Positions 1-12,659 of a DNA stretch of 64,000 nucleotides are shown one piece after another. The notes beneath the pieces are model-generated. The model was not told the origin of the DNA and searched no databases. It saw nothing but the letters and a program-made list of their open reading frames with translations. The stretch's first letter is position 1, and each line of letters opens with the position of its first letter. The position numbers and the translations under genes are program-made. This stretch comes from Octopus sinensis (lineage: Eukaryota): positions 88,660,001 through 88,724,000 of the forward strand of contig NC_042999.1 of assembly GCF_006345805.1 (NCBI RefSeq), written 5' to 3'.

Positions 1-1282
1 TGCCCAATTCTGTAGAACTTGAAACTGGCTAACCAACCAACTCGTCAGTCAATTATATTACTTGAAGGAAAACATATCAAAATTAACAATTCATCAATAA
101 ACTGGCCTTTGTTAAGAAGAATTGGTTAACGACAGGCAAGACACTGGTTAGTGGCAGAGAGAGTGAGGTAGTTTTTCTCAATCCATGCCAAATGGAAAAT
201 GAATGTAAAACCATTGATGTTGATGTGTGTTGAGATGTTACAGTAGTGGCATTGATAGTGGTGTTGGTGGTGATGGTGTTGGTGGGGGTAAAGATTGTGT
301 TGATGTCAGTAGTGATGATAGTCGTGTCGGTGGTGATGACATGGTGGGTGGTAGTAATTGTAGTCAGTGTAGGAGAGGAGATAGATGATAACTGATATGG
401 TGTTTAAGTAGTTACTATGTGCATTTTACCTTTTGATTCTATTTTGTTATCTTCTTCCCCCCCCCTTTTTTTTTTCATCCACCAAACATAGCCGACCTTG
501 ATGGAAGGGAATTATCAAAAGGGAGAAAGTTACTGACGTGTTAAATAATGACTAATCATTTGCTGGAATAAAACATTTTATCTTGGAGAAAGGAAGAGGG
601 AGATAATAATTTTTATCGACCAACTGTCAAAGCGAAATGGTGGTGGGATGGACGGTGGGGAAATAAAATACATTTTGCTGCTGCTCATTCTTTTTACATC
701 TTTCATCTGATTTTGGATAATCACAGGTCAGAAACAGGAAATAGAATTAACAACAGAATGTGAAAATAGCAACAGAAATGCAAGCATTGACTTTAATACA
801 GGATGATGGAGACAGAAACAGAGAATGTGCTATTGTTGCCAGCTGCATTGATCAATGAAGGATGGTGTTATTTAGGTCACAGAACATTGAGATGCACAGT
901 GTAACTTAAGGAATATAGATAACTAATGATGTATCATGGATGTAGATACAACATAGAGAAGAGTTCATAAGTCTGTGAGATAATAACTTACATATTCTCC
1001 ATTTGTGTGTGAGGGGTGCATATGCGCACATGCATAAAAGCATATGTGAGAGAGTGGGTAAGTCTGGGGTTTGACTATACTGTTCATATATATGGAATAA
1101 TAGTATATGAGATTCAGTTTTGTATTCATACCAGAAGAGCATATTTTTGTACCTATCCTTATGGTTTTGTAGTTGATTCACTTATAAATATCTCTCAATA
1201 CAGCTTATGTCCCAAGTCTTATATTTAACAACTTGCCATATATGGTTTGTATATTCCTTGGTTAATATTCAAATAGAAAGTA

Positions 1283-1480
1283 AGAGAGTGAGCTCACAGA
1301 ATTGTTAACTCTATGGGAAAAATGTTCGGTGACATTTCTTCTGTCTTTACATTCTGATTTCAAATTCCGCCGAGGTCGACTTTGTTTTCCATCTTTTAAG
1401 AGTTGATAAAATAAGTAGCAGTTGGGCACTGGGGACAATGTAATCGACTTACTCACCCAAAATTACTGGCCTTATGCTAA
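1283..1480 (+). mobile_element. tRNA-derived SINE, family A (degenerate)
   Basis: B-box-like GATTTCAAATTCC followed by GCCGAGGTCGACTTTG...GATAAAATAAGTA...GATGTAATCGAC-like body shared with the 19.8, 35.6 and 51.4 kb copies. Confidence 0.8.
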
Positions 1481-1500
1481 AATTTGAAACCAAAATTTAT

Positions 1501-1531
<31 letters not shown>

Positions 1532-1537
1532 GATATA

Positions 1538-1756
1538 CAAAAATCCCTTGCCATATCGCGGTTCACCTATTGTGGTTTATTTATTATTTGAGCTTATGTC
1601 GATTCCTCTGTGATGTTGCCTTGCATTTATAAAATAAATATATACAAATTATAAAAATAAAACAAAATATACAGTACAGTACTGTTTCTACTTCGCAGAT
1701 TTTCACCTGTCGTGGGATCTTGGAATGTAACACCCGCAATAGTCAGGGAATTACTG
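1538..1756. mobile_element. Tigger/pogo-like MITE (degenerate)
   Basis: TA-flanked imperfect TIRs: CAAAAATCCCTTGCCATATCGCG versus reverse complement CAGTAATTCCCTGACTATTGCG; a partial second copy lies at ~16670-16733. Confidence 0.5.
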
Positions 1757-2224
1757 TATATATATATTTATGTATATGTATAAATATATATAACACTCCA
1801 CTTTTTCCATTCAATCTTTCAAATTTTATATCCATACATTTTATGTATGGGTTATTATGTATTTATATAAAATGTTTTGATATATTTGTTGTATTTTTTC
1901 TAAATAGATGGTAATTACAAATTTTTCATTAACCCCGTAGGAAACCTTATGTAGAGGCTTGTTATGGATATATATTGTACAAATATCATGTGAATGGTAA
2001 TTATGGTGCATGTAACTCATTAAATAAGTCTTGCAACGTGTAATTTACTGAGAGGGAATGTTGGGTCTAAATTAATTTATATAATTAGATGGGTTATGGC
2101 TATACATGGGAGGCTAGGTAGAAAGTATGGAACTAATAAAGAAAATAGGACAGATCTAAATGTAATCTTTCTATGATAGGCAAAATGCTTGAAATTTTGG
2201 GATGGTGGGGATAGTCAGTTTTAT

Positions 2225-2385
2225 TGATTCCTGTTCTTGAGTGGTTCAGATTTTATTGACTCCAAAAAGGATGAAAGGCAATATTGACCTCAGCTGAATT
2301 TGAACTCGGAATGTAAAGACAGACAAAATGCTGCTTAGCAGCCGTTTGCCCAGAATACAAAGAATTCTACTAGCTCACTGCCTTT
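2225..2385 (-). mobile_element. SINE family A (degenerate)
   Basis: Reverse-strand match to the family A body (GGATGAAAGGCAA..GACCTC..GAATTTGAACTC). Confidence 0.75.
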
Positions 2386-2399
2386 GATAGGTGTGATTG

Positions 2400-2622
2400 T
2401 TGCTAGCATCACCTTACTGGCACCTGTACTGGTGGCATGTGAAAAGCACCCAGTACACTCTTGGAGTAGTTGGCATTAGGAAGGGCATCCAGCTGTAGAA
2501 ACCTTGCCAGATCAGATTGGAGCCTGGTGCAGCTTTCTGGCTTGCCAGTCCTCAGTCAAACCATCCAACCCATGCCAGCATGGAAAACAGACGTTATACA
2601 ATGGCGATGATGATGATGATTT
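2400..2622 (+). mobile_element. RTE-tail non-autonomous retroelement, family D
   Basis: GGCATTAGGAAGGGCATCCAGCTGTAGAAAC ... CCAACCCATGCCAGCATGGAAAA and a (GAT)n tail; many further copies in the window. Confidence 0.8.
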
Positions 2623-3179
2623 GTTTGCCATGCTAGCATAGGTAGGATAGTTTGACAGGAGCTTGTAAACCAGAAGACTGCACTAAGCCCTGGTGTCTGT
2701 TTTTGGCATAGTATCTATGACTTGATAGCCATCCTAAATGCTAACCACTTTACAGAGAGTACCGGGTGATTATCTCATGCCTTTGGCATTCGTGAGGGCA
2801 CTAAAACAAGACTCTTCAATTTCTGTGTGTGTGGGTGTGTGTGTGTATTCCCTTTCCTCCATTTTTCTAATTGAAAGACTAGCATTTGAAATGCATATGT
2901 GTGTGCATCTGGGGGTATATATGTATGGCGCTGTATGTGTGTGGGAAGCGTATGTGTGTGTCTATGCACTGTATGTTTATATTTGTTGTTTATGTATTTT
3001 AGTAAAGGTTGTAAGCATCCCCAAGAAATCTTGATGCTCTTTGAACAAATCATTTGAACCATGCTACAGAGGCTCCCTTGTCATTATTACTATCAGAAGT
3101 GCAGTAAGTCAGTGAGTCACCTATCAAGGATCTGAAGCAATGGTAGTCTTCTTTGCAGAAATGAAACAAAGAAAAATGC

Positions 3180-3515
3180 CCATGGCATGTGAAAAGCACC
3201 TTTTGAGTGTTGGACCTCATGGAGGCAATGTTGAATGTCAGAAACCTTTAGCATTATGTTGTGTTTGTGAAGAAAACACATCAAGCCAAGTAAAATCACA
3301 GTCGTGGCAGATACTGGTGTCATGCAAATGGTACCTGTGCCAGTGGCACGTAAAAATACTCATTACACTCTCAGAGTGGTTGGCATTAGGAAGGGCATCC
3401 AGCCATAGAAACCTTGCTAAATCAGACTGGAGTCTGGTGCAGCCTTCCAGCTAACCATCCCTGGTCAAACTATCCAACCCATGCCAACATGGACAACGGA
3501 CATTAAATGATGATG
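3180..3515 (+). mobile_element. Family D element
   Basis: Same core motifs and GATGATGA tail. Confidence 0.75.
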
Positions 3516-4756
3516 AAAAATCCCCAAAAAGAACAATCTCTGTTTCCAGTACCAATTATGTAACAATGGCTTTGTCTACTTAGTATTGTAATCTTCATTA
3601 TGTAATTTATTAAGTGTATCTTGCCTTGAAATTTAAGGCTTAACATATGTGATCCTTATTTATTAAGAAACTAGTTAGTAAGATATATATTTGGCTGCTA
3701 CATTGTTTAACCAAAGAGTCTTTGTAATTTCTTCATAAATCTATGAAGTATGAATTTTGTAACTGTATTGTAGAAGCTCTACTTTATTTATGATATTGAG
3801 TACAAGTCTGTTTAATGGTGCCTGTACCACACCCAGTAATGTTCAAAGAAAAACTTGACCTCAGCACTAAAAACTAATAAATCACTTGTCAGTTACAGAC
3901 TATTGCCTTTCCTTACAGTCTTCAAAAGTGAACTGATTGACTTAAATCTGTGTGTCCTGGCTAATACATCACAAGTGATAGGATACAAACAAATGATCTT
4001 TGATCTTTTAGTTGGCAGCTTGACATCCTACCACTTATAGGTCATTTCAATGTTTGTTTCTGATACAAGCATTAAAGTTGAGATTGTTGGAAGAGAATTG
4101 AAAGCTTGAAACATTCATGTGTTTGCCAAGAAAAATAAGTAATTTAGGTCATGTAAAGTATTTATTAGATATCACAGATATGTCTCATTTATTTGTTCAT
4201 TTAATGTCCATTTTTCTCAGCTAGCACAGCTTGGATGGGAATTGATTTTCAGGCAGAGTTTTATGGCTAGATACTCTTCCTGTCATATTTGGTCATAAAA
4301 TCCTGTTTTTTCAGATTAGGGATGCGTTTGTAATTTTACTTCCATTGCATAAAATGGATTTTTATTCAGCTGAGTTGCTATTTGCAACACCAGTGATCGT
4401 TCATTCACTGTTTTCCTATATTGGTGGTGACAGATTTTATCTTAGCTTCATCACCATGATTACATGCTATTGACAAAGCCCAACAAGGCAGAAGTGAGCC
4501 TCTAGCATTCTTTGGATAACTTTGGTTTGCTACAGATATATTGTGTTTTTAAACAAGGCACATCTATGAGAGATATCATCTCTGCATGGAGACAACAGTA
4601 TCTTTGCTTCTCTGCAATGAATTTATATTAAGTATGATTGAATGATTGATTCCTAGACAGGCAGAAAGGCAGGCAGGCAAATGGCAGGTAGATAGGTAGG
4701 TAGATAGAAATGGAAATCGCTATGCTAAACTCATGACAAATTACTATATTAGTCTG

Positions 4757-4909
<153 letters not shown>

Positions 4910-5399
4910 AATAATAAATAAAATAGTTTTCAAATGAGTTGAAGATCCATAGCCACAATTATAACTGGAAATATCTAAGAAAGTGAGGGAAAAGATAGCC
5001 TGGTCTTTTAGCAGACATTATGACAACTTCCAGATATTCCTAAGCTTTACTAGACCTTTTTAGGAAAGTGTAAACTTTTTCATATTTGCTGCATCAATAG
5101 AGGTTGGAAGTCTAGAACAGGTCAAGAATTATTTTGTTATTGATTTCTTAAAGAAGCTGAAAGTGTTAGATTTAAAGTGAAAATTGATGGCAACATAACA
5201 GATTAGATTTTTAAATATGTGATTCCTATTCAATGCAACTCAGATGATGGATATCAGGTATGGGATATCCTTAAATCTCAGCAAGCATGAAACCATAGAG
5301 TTTCACTAAAAGATTTCAACAAGAAATTTTCCACATTGGCATTTTTAGAAGCAGAGCATCTTAAAAGGAAAATTTTTTCTTTGTTACATTTTTTTTCTC

Positions 5400-5598
5400 T
5401 TTACTTGTTTCAGTCATCAGAATGTGGCCATGCTGGGGTATCACCTTGAAGAATTTTTAGTTGAATGTACTTATCCTATCAGTATATTTTGCGGACTTGC
5501 TAAGTTACAGGGACATAAACACACCAACACCAATTGTCAAGTTGTGGTGGGGAGGATAAACACAGACACAAAGACCCACACACACACATGTATGTATG

Positions 5599-5679
<81 letters not shown>

Positions 5680-5790
5680 GCATATGTATATACATATGAC
5701 AAGCTTCTTTCAGTTTCTGTCTGCCAAATCCACTCACAAGATGGTCACCCAAGGCTATAGTAGAAGACACTTGTTCAAAATGCCACAAAA
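5400..5790 (-). mobile_element. SINE family B with internal (TA)n microsatellite
   Basis: Matches the 15.7 and 47.6 kb copies (CTTCTTTCAGTTTC..CCAAATCCACTCACAAG, GGCTATAGTAGAAGACACTTG). Confidence 0.8.
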
Positions 5791-6183
5791 TGATCTTCCA
5801 TAAAAAAAAACCTTAGGTGAGGCAACTTTCTACCCAGACTTGTATCAAGGAGGGGAACCTCTTAACTTCACCCATGGTCATTTGTAACCAACATAGTCGA
5901 GTTTTGTACATGTATGTGTAAGCACTATTGACAAGAACCAAGAATACTGAAATGCATCTGATGCTTATATGAGTCACTGTAGGAATGATGTTTGCCTCAC
6001 TGCAAGACATACTGTGTTTTAATATATTTCTACAAAGAGGTTTTCTCTCAGACAAAAATCACATCTTACCTTTCAGTTGTTTACATACATTAAGTAAGAT
6101 ACACAGATACTTATTTCAATTTAATACTTTCAATTGTTTACACCAAATATGTGTATGTGTATGTGTCTATCTATCTATCTCTC

Positions 6184-6219
<36 letters not shown>

Positions 6220-7973
6220 TAGACTTACACACGCACATATGTGTGTTTGTGTTATATATACTTATATGTATACATATATATACATACACATACACATATG
6301 TATGTATGTATGTATGTATGCATGCACGCATGCCTGCATGTATGTATGGATGTAGGTAAATATTTATGTGGTTACAAAGTTTTCTTTGCAAGCACATGGT
6401 TTTGGATTTGGTCCAACTGTGTGACATCTTGGGTAAGTGATTTTTACTGTAGCCTTGGACTGACTAATGCCTTGAGCGGAATTTGTGAATGGAATCAGTG
6501 AAAAAGCCAACCACATATATATATGTGTATGCGTGTGTGTGTGTGTGTATATGTATATATATACACACACACACACAAACATATATACAGACATGTACTT
6601 TTATGTGTATGTGAACATACATGCAACTGTGCATGTGTGCGTCAATGTTCATTCTGTATGCTTTTATTAACATAGTTGAGCAAAATGCTGGCATTGATTA
6701 CATTCTCCCATAAACAAAATTTGAATAGCTTCAGCAGTTTTGACCTGTGTGGATCCATGGAATGAAAATACAATATTAGAAAGTCAGGGGATGTTTACTG
6801 ACAGAATGAGCATCTAGCCATAGAATATCTGCTTTCATAAGTTTTGTCTAAACCATGCCAGCCTGGGAAACATATATAAAAATAATAGTGATAATGATTA
6901 TATATATATATACATATATATATTTGTTACTTAAAACAGTTTGATTCAGCTCCATACAGAAACCTAGTTCATTCAGGTTCAGTTTACTCAGTTCAGTAAT
7001 CTGAGCCTGAATGAGCTACATTTCTGGAAGAAACCTGTGAAACTTGGAGCCCAATGAAACTTTTAAATAATATAACTCCTACTAAATGAGTTGGTTGCCT
7101 TTTTCTTTCATTTGTCCAGTCACTCATATCGTTACCATCATCATCATTTAACATCTGTTTTCCATGCTGGCATGGGTTCCTGGAATGTTTGACAGGGGCT
7201 GGCTAGGCAGAAGACTGCACCAAGCTTCACTGTCTGTTTTGGCAGGGTCTTTATGGCTAGATGCCCGTACTAATATCAACCACATTACAATATAAATACA
7301 TAAACATATATATACACACACACACAAACACACACACATATTATACACATTCACAAGTGTGCACACATATGTACATATTCATACAGTGGACATCTGCATA
7401 CTTTCTGTCAGCCAAATCCCACTCCCAAAATATTGGTCATCTCATGTCTTTGTTAGGAATCACTTAATTCAAGGTCTGTGCTGTACTCTGAGAATGAACC
7501 CAAAACTATATTGTTGTAACACAAACACCTTGACCACACCACTGTACTTGAGTGAATTACAATCAATTTATTATGTAAACTAAATCATCTCTCTATTATA
7601 GTAAAATTATATTTCTGCTCTTACATCTTTGCAGTTAAAAACCTATAAAATATCATTTAAAAAATAAAAACAGGAGATGTATTGATGATACCAACTTATA
7701 AATTATTTTGATTATTGATATCTTTTTCTCCACTTACTTTACATGAAGTCACAAATTATAGCAAAGAGGATATGAATCATATCACATTAATGCCCCTCTC
7801 GAGAGCATATTTCAAGTTAAATTTCTATAATCAGAAAGTATCCAGGTCAAAGAGTCAATTTTCAGGGTATTGATTTCAATTCTAACTCTTCCATTTCCTT
7901 TCAATTTTTGATTTTTCTCAAGTGGTCTCAAAACCTCGAGTTTATAACAAAAATAAACTGAAAATTTGTTGAG

Positions 7974-8004
<31 letters not shown>

Positions 8005-8071
8005 GTGTGTGTGTGTGCGTGCATGTGTGTATATATGTGCACACACACACACACATATATGTATACATATA

Positions 8072-9216
8072 TTGTCAGCCCGTAATTAATGGGCTTTTTT
8101 ATATACTTCTTTTATTTTTCAAAATTAAGATAAACAAAGTTCATTTTTAATCTAAAATATACTCTCATTTTCTACAATGCTCTTCCATCTATCCGGTAGA
8201 ATTGTAAGGTCCCTCTTCCAAAATTCACTTCTCTGTGATGAAAAATACTCCTCCAGTACTCTCATCTTCTCTACAGAATTCATATTTTTTCCATCAAAGG
8301 ATTTTGAAGACTGCAGAATAAACGATAATCAGATGGGGCAATATTCAGTAAATATGATGGGTGGGGCATCACTTCCCATTTAAACTGCTCCAGCCTTTGT
8401 AATGTCATCCTCGTATGTGGCTGAGCAATATCCTGATGGAAGAACGGTCTTGAAACCAAAGACAGTCATTTTCCTGCAAGCTACTTGCCATAGATCTCCT
8501 TTGTTATCGTTTGGTTTAGGTTTAAAAGTTCAAAGTGGACTAAACTTTTCATATCCCACCAAACAGATAACAACACCTTACATGGGTGAAGACCTTTAGC
8601 CTGAGGTACCAGTATTTTTCCTTTCCCTACCCACTGTCTTCAGTGTTTGACATTTTTGTAAAGAACCCATTTCTCATCATCAGTCACTATTTGGTTCAAA
8701 AAAGGTTTATTCATGAGATGTGATAGCAATCTGTGTGTGATTAGACTTGGAAAGTTTGAGAAACCCATTGACCCAATTTACTGACTTTTCCGATGGCATG
8801 CAGGTGTTGATGAATGGTTGAATGACCAAATCCAAGCTTCTCAGCTAGTTCCTCAACAGTTATGATGGGATTTTGTTCCACCAAGGTTAGCTTCCAGCTC
8901 AGAATTTCGGGAACCACTTACTGTCCAATCTCTATGTACTGCATTAATATCCCTCACCCTTTTCATTGCTTTGTTGCTTTTATTGAACTCATAAAGCAAA
9001 AATATGCTGAATATGTTCCTTTGTCACTTTCATTACAGCTTTGAAAAAATAATTGTTAAAATCGAACTGCACTCTTCAAAACTTGCATTAAGAATAAGTA
9101 CAAAGTAAAATTACTACCTGCTTTTATAGCAAGTTGATGCAGGTGGCTTATCCCATACCCCTCTGACTTTTAGTTCATGCAATTGATAAAACCACATTAT
9201 TTATGGGTTGACCCAA
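8072..9216 (-). mobile_element. mariner DNA transposon, internally deleted
   Basis: TA-flanked imperfect TIRs (TTGTCAGCCCGTAATTAATG / CATTATTTATGGGTTGACCCAA); transposase relic on the minus strand. Confidence 0.9.
8147..9033 (-). pseudogene. mariner transposase pseudogene (D,D34D type)
   Basis: Manual translation: MKVTKEHIQHI.., EELAEKLGFGHSTIHQHL..LGQWV, IVTDDEKWVL, HQDIAQPH, WEVMPHP..NIAPSDYRLF; contains stops, frameshifts and a deletion. Confidence 0.88.
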
Positions 9217-9236
9217 TACATACATACATACATACA

Positions 9237-9268
<32 letters not shown>

Positions 9269-9290
9269 CGTACGTATGTACATACATACA
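9217..9290. repeat. (TACA)n microsatellite
   Basis: Begins at the mariner right TA. Confidence 0.95.
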
Positions 9291-9603
9291 TACATGTGTT
9301 TAAATATATATATATAATCATCATCAATATCATCATCATTTAACATCCATTTACCACGCTGATATGGGCTGGATGGTTTGATCAGAGCTGGCAACAAAAA
9401 AAAAAAAATGAATAGAAATAGCTTTTCTGATAAATTTTCTACTTTAATAACTAGATGTCTATAAACTATTACATGTTAAGCATCTAATTATAAAAGTGTA
9501 AAAATTATCTCAAAAGCCATTTCTGTTCATTTTTTCAAATATATATGTATGTGTGTGAACATATCAACATGTGGTAGTGGGGGACAAACACAGATGCAAA
9601 GTC

Positions 9604-9635
<32 letters not shown>

Positions 9636-10173
9636 CCACATATAAATTTATGCATATGATAGGCTTCTTTCAGTTTCTGTCAACCAAATTCACTCCCAAG
9701 GCTTTGGTCAACCTGAGACTATAGTAGAAGACACTTGTCCAAGGTGCATCACAGTGGGACTGAACCTGGAGCCATGTCGTTGGGAAGCAAGCTTCTTACT
9801 ACACAATCATACCTGCACCAACCATGTGGTTGAGAAGCAACCTTATACAAAAGAAAGTGACATGCATCACAATTGCTAGGATGTACATATATATTATTTT
9901 GTAACAGTTTGACTCACTCCATTCAACTTAAAATTTCATAGACTCATAGAATGTTCTTAACTTGTCAGGCATCTAAAAGACTAACAAACAGTTATCAAAG
10001 AATATATATATTTTAAGTTAGAGTTGAGGTTATAAGAGATAATGGTGTCATTGAGACCCAAAGGTGTCAGGTAATGCTGAATAAGTGCTATAGACAGATC
10101 ATAGTTAAGTTCCAGATTTGGTAATTTTGCGAATAAGGGGTTCAACGTTGGTTCTATGTCAGTATGTGTATAT

Positions 10174-10284
10174 AAGAATTTTTTACATAATGAGATAAAA
10201 AAACCAAGGCTGTGTAGATATTAGAACATATGTTCTAATATCTACACAGCCTTGGGTTTTTATCTCATTATGCAAAACATTCTT
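10174..10284. repeat. Spacer-less palindrome, ~55-bp arms
   Basis: Centre CAT|ATG at 10229/10230; arms differ at only a few positions. Confidence 0.92.
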
Positions 10285-10312
10285 AAATTTTAAGTTTCAT
10301 ATATATATATAT

Positions 10313-10545
10313 ATATTGTTGTGTCTGGAGAGAGGCATTCTCTTTTAGTGCCTTATTATTTAACACACTCACTGGTAGCGCAGCTTGGATAACGGACAGT
10401 GTCAATGACTATTGAAAAGTTTGCAAGACGCAATGAAAATTTTAGGTAAAATAAATGAGTAAATGAGCGGGAACTTTACCAGTGAGTGTGTTAAATGATA
10501 AGGCACTAAAAGACAATGACCCTCCTCAGACACAACAAAATATGT
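10313..10545. repeat. Inverted repeat, ~65-bp arms with a ~100-bp spacer
   Basis: TTGTGTCTG..TCTTTTAGTGCCTTAT.ATTTAACACACTCACTGGTA at 10313-10377 and its reverse complement at 10477-10545. Confidence 0.85.
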
Positions 10546-12447
10546 TTCAACACACGAACTCACATGAAGAATCTTGCAAACCAAACCCAAAAATAAAGTA
10601 TATATATAGGGTGTACATAACGGAAGCAATTTTGAATCAAAATAGCCATCTATGTATCATACACAATATATATGCATCGTTGATGATAGATCAGTTACTG
10701 CAGTGCTTATCCAGAGATAAGCTGTTGCATAGCTGTGCTGTCTTAAAAACATCTAATATTTATAGTATTTTTAACACAGCATGTCCAAAAGAGATTTTAT
10801 CTCAGAACAAATATTGCAGTAACAGGTCTACCAATGATGTATATACATTGAATAGGTTACAGAGATGTGTGAGTGAGTGTGTGTGTGTAAAGGAAATGGA
10901 ATTGGATAGAACTCAAAATTGAAACTAGGTTACAAAGTGGTCTTGACATGTGCTTACTTCAATAGTATTGGTGAATTCTCTTTAGTTATTTACATTCTCA
11001 AATCACTTACAAGTATTTTAACCTTATTTCTTTGTATAAATCAACCAGAATATTAGATGAATGTCCTAACTGCCCTTATTTAACACCAACTGTAAAAGCA
11101 ATACTGCGGGAGAAAAGATTTTTGCCTAATGTTGGCAGCTGAGGCAAAACAAATGCTTCTTATTGTAGGATCAGTAATAATTCCAGTTCTAGGATCTGCT
11201 AAGCTGCAGCAAACTATTAACTGAAATAATATACAGTATCATAAATTTGCTGTAACTATCCCTTAGGATCAATAAAGTGCAAAGTGATGCCAGACTGGGA
11301 CTAAATCTTGATTGTGTGCCAAGCAAAGGAAACAAATTATTTATGTTAATTTACGTTATATATGTATAAATTGCTATTTCTTTCTCTCCATGGCTATCTG
11401 CCTCTCTGTTTATCAACATGTACGTGTTATGTTTGCTTGTTTGTTTGATTTTTAATTTAGTGTGTGCATTGTGTGCACAAAAGGGCATGTATTCTTGAGA
11501 GAACATAAATGTGTGTATAAAAACAGACAGACAGATACATACATAGGCATATATTTATATATGTATATGTGAGTGAATATATATGTATGTATATACATGT
11601 ATATATATTTATATATGTAAATGTCTTCATATATTTATATGTGTATATGTATTTAATATATATGTATGTATATGTATTTAAAGAGAGAGAGATACGTATA
11701 TTGAACAAAGAAGAAATTAGATAGAGAAAAAGAGAGATTGAAATATAAATGTACAAACAAATAAAAATGCGAGCTATTTATCTGTGTTTATGTTTTGACA
11801 TTTCAAAATTACTATGAAAGCTGAAATTATTGACCAATGAGAAATGTTTAGTTAAACAAGAGTGTTATGAGGTGTATGTAAGGTTATAACTTATATTGAT
11901 TTCAATTCACCAAAGTAACATAAAGCAGGTCAACTTTGACGTAGCTCAATCTAATCATCATTATTCACATTAAGTTAAACTCATAGATGAACCATAAGTG
12001 CCCAGTAGCTAGTAGCGAATTAGGGTCACATTGTTGACACAAGGTCAGGGATAATGAATTGAGAACAGCAATATAAGCATTCAAGACAGGTGGCTGCAGA
12101 TGATGGCTATAGCCAGATACATATATATTGTGCACTGTATGGTTTTGTGGTAGAATATATGAGAGGGCTATTCGAAGCAACCATTTCACAATCAAAGGTG
12201 AGAAAGGTGGAAATAAAACATGGCTTGAGACTTAGTTCTATAACAGTTGCTGGTAGAAAACACACCAAAATTAAATATGTGATAAACTGGCAGAAACAGT
12301 GGGGTAACTGACTAAATGATTTACAGTATTCATTCTTGTTTCCCAACATTCAAGGATCAAATCTCATAAGGGTTGATTTTCAATTTCATAATTTCAAGGT
12401 AAACAAAATACTCATCAGTAATAATTAATCTGCAAGTGTCAGTTTAA

Positions 12448-12659
12448 CCCTTTCATTACTGTATTTATTTTGAGATGCTCTGTGTCTCTTTCAATTACTT
12501 TAAATATAACAAAGAATTTAGTAAAGTAACTTAGTTATCATTCAGCTAGTGTTAGGAACATAAAAAGGTTTGGTGGAAGATTTTAATTCAAAACTTTTGA
12601 AAACAGAACATTTGTACTCAGAACCAAAGCCGGTTTCAGCCGGGTTGGTAATGAAAGGG
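12448..12659. mobile_element. piggyBac-type MITE
   Basis: TTAA at both ends (12444-47, 12660-63); perfect 12-bp TIR CCCTTTCATTAC / GTAATGAAAGGG. Confidence 0.8.

Noticed and set aside
35-60. Isolated CTGANGA hits (e.g. ~42, ~12411, ~12803, 17314, 18637)
   Set aside because: No accompanying GAAA/NUH or stems; expected by chance or as SINE variants.
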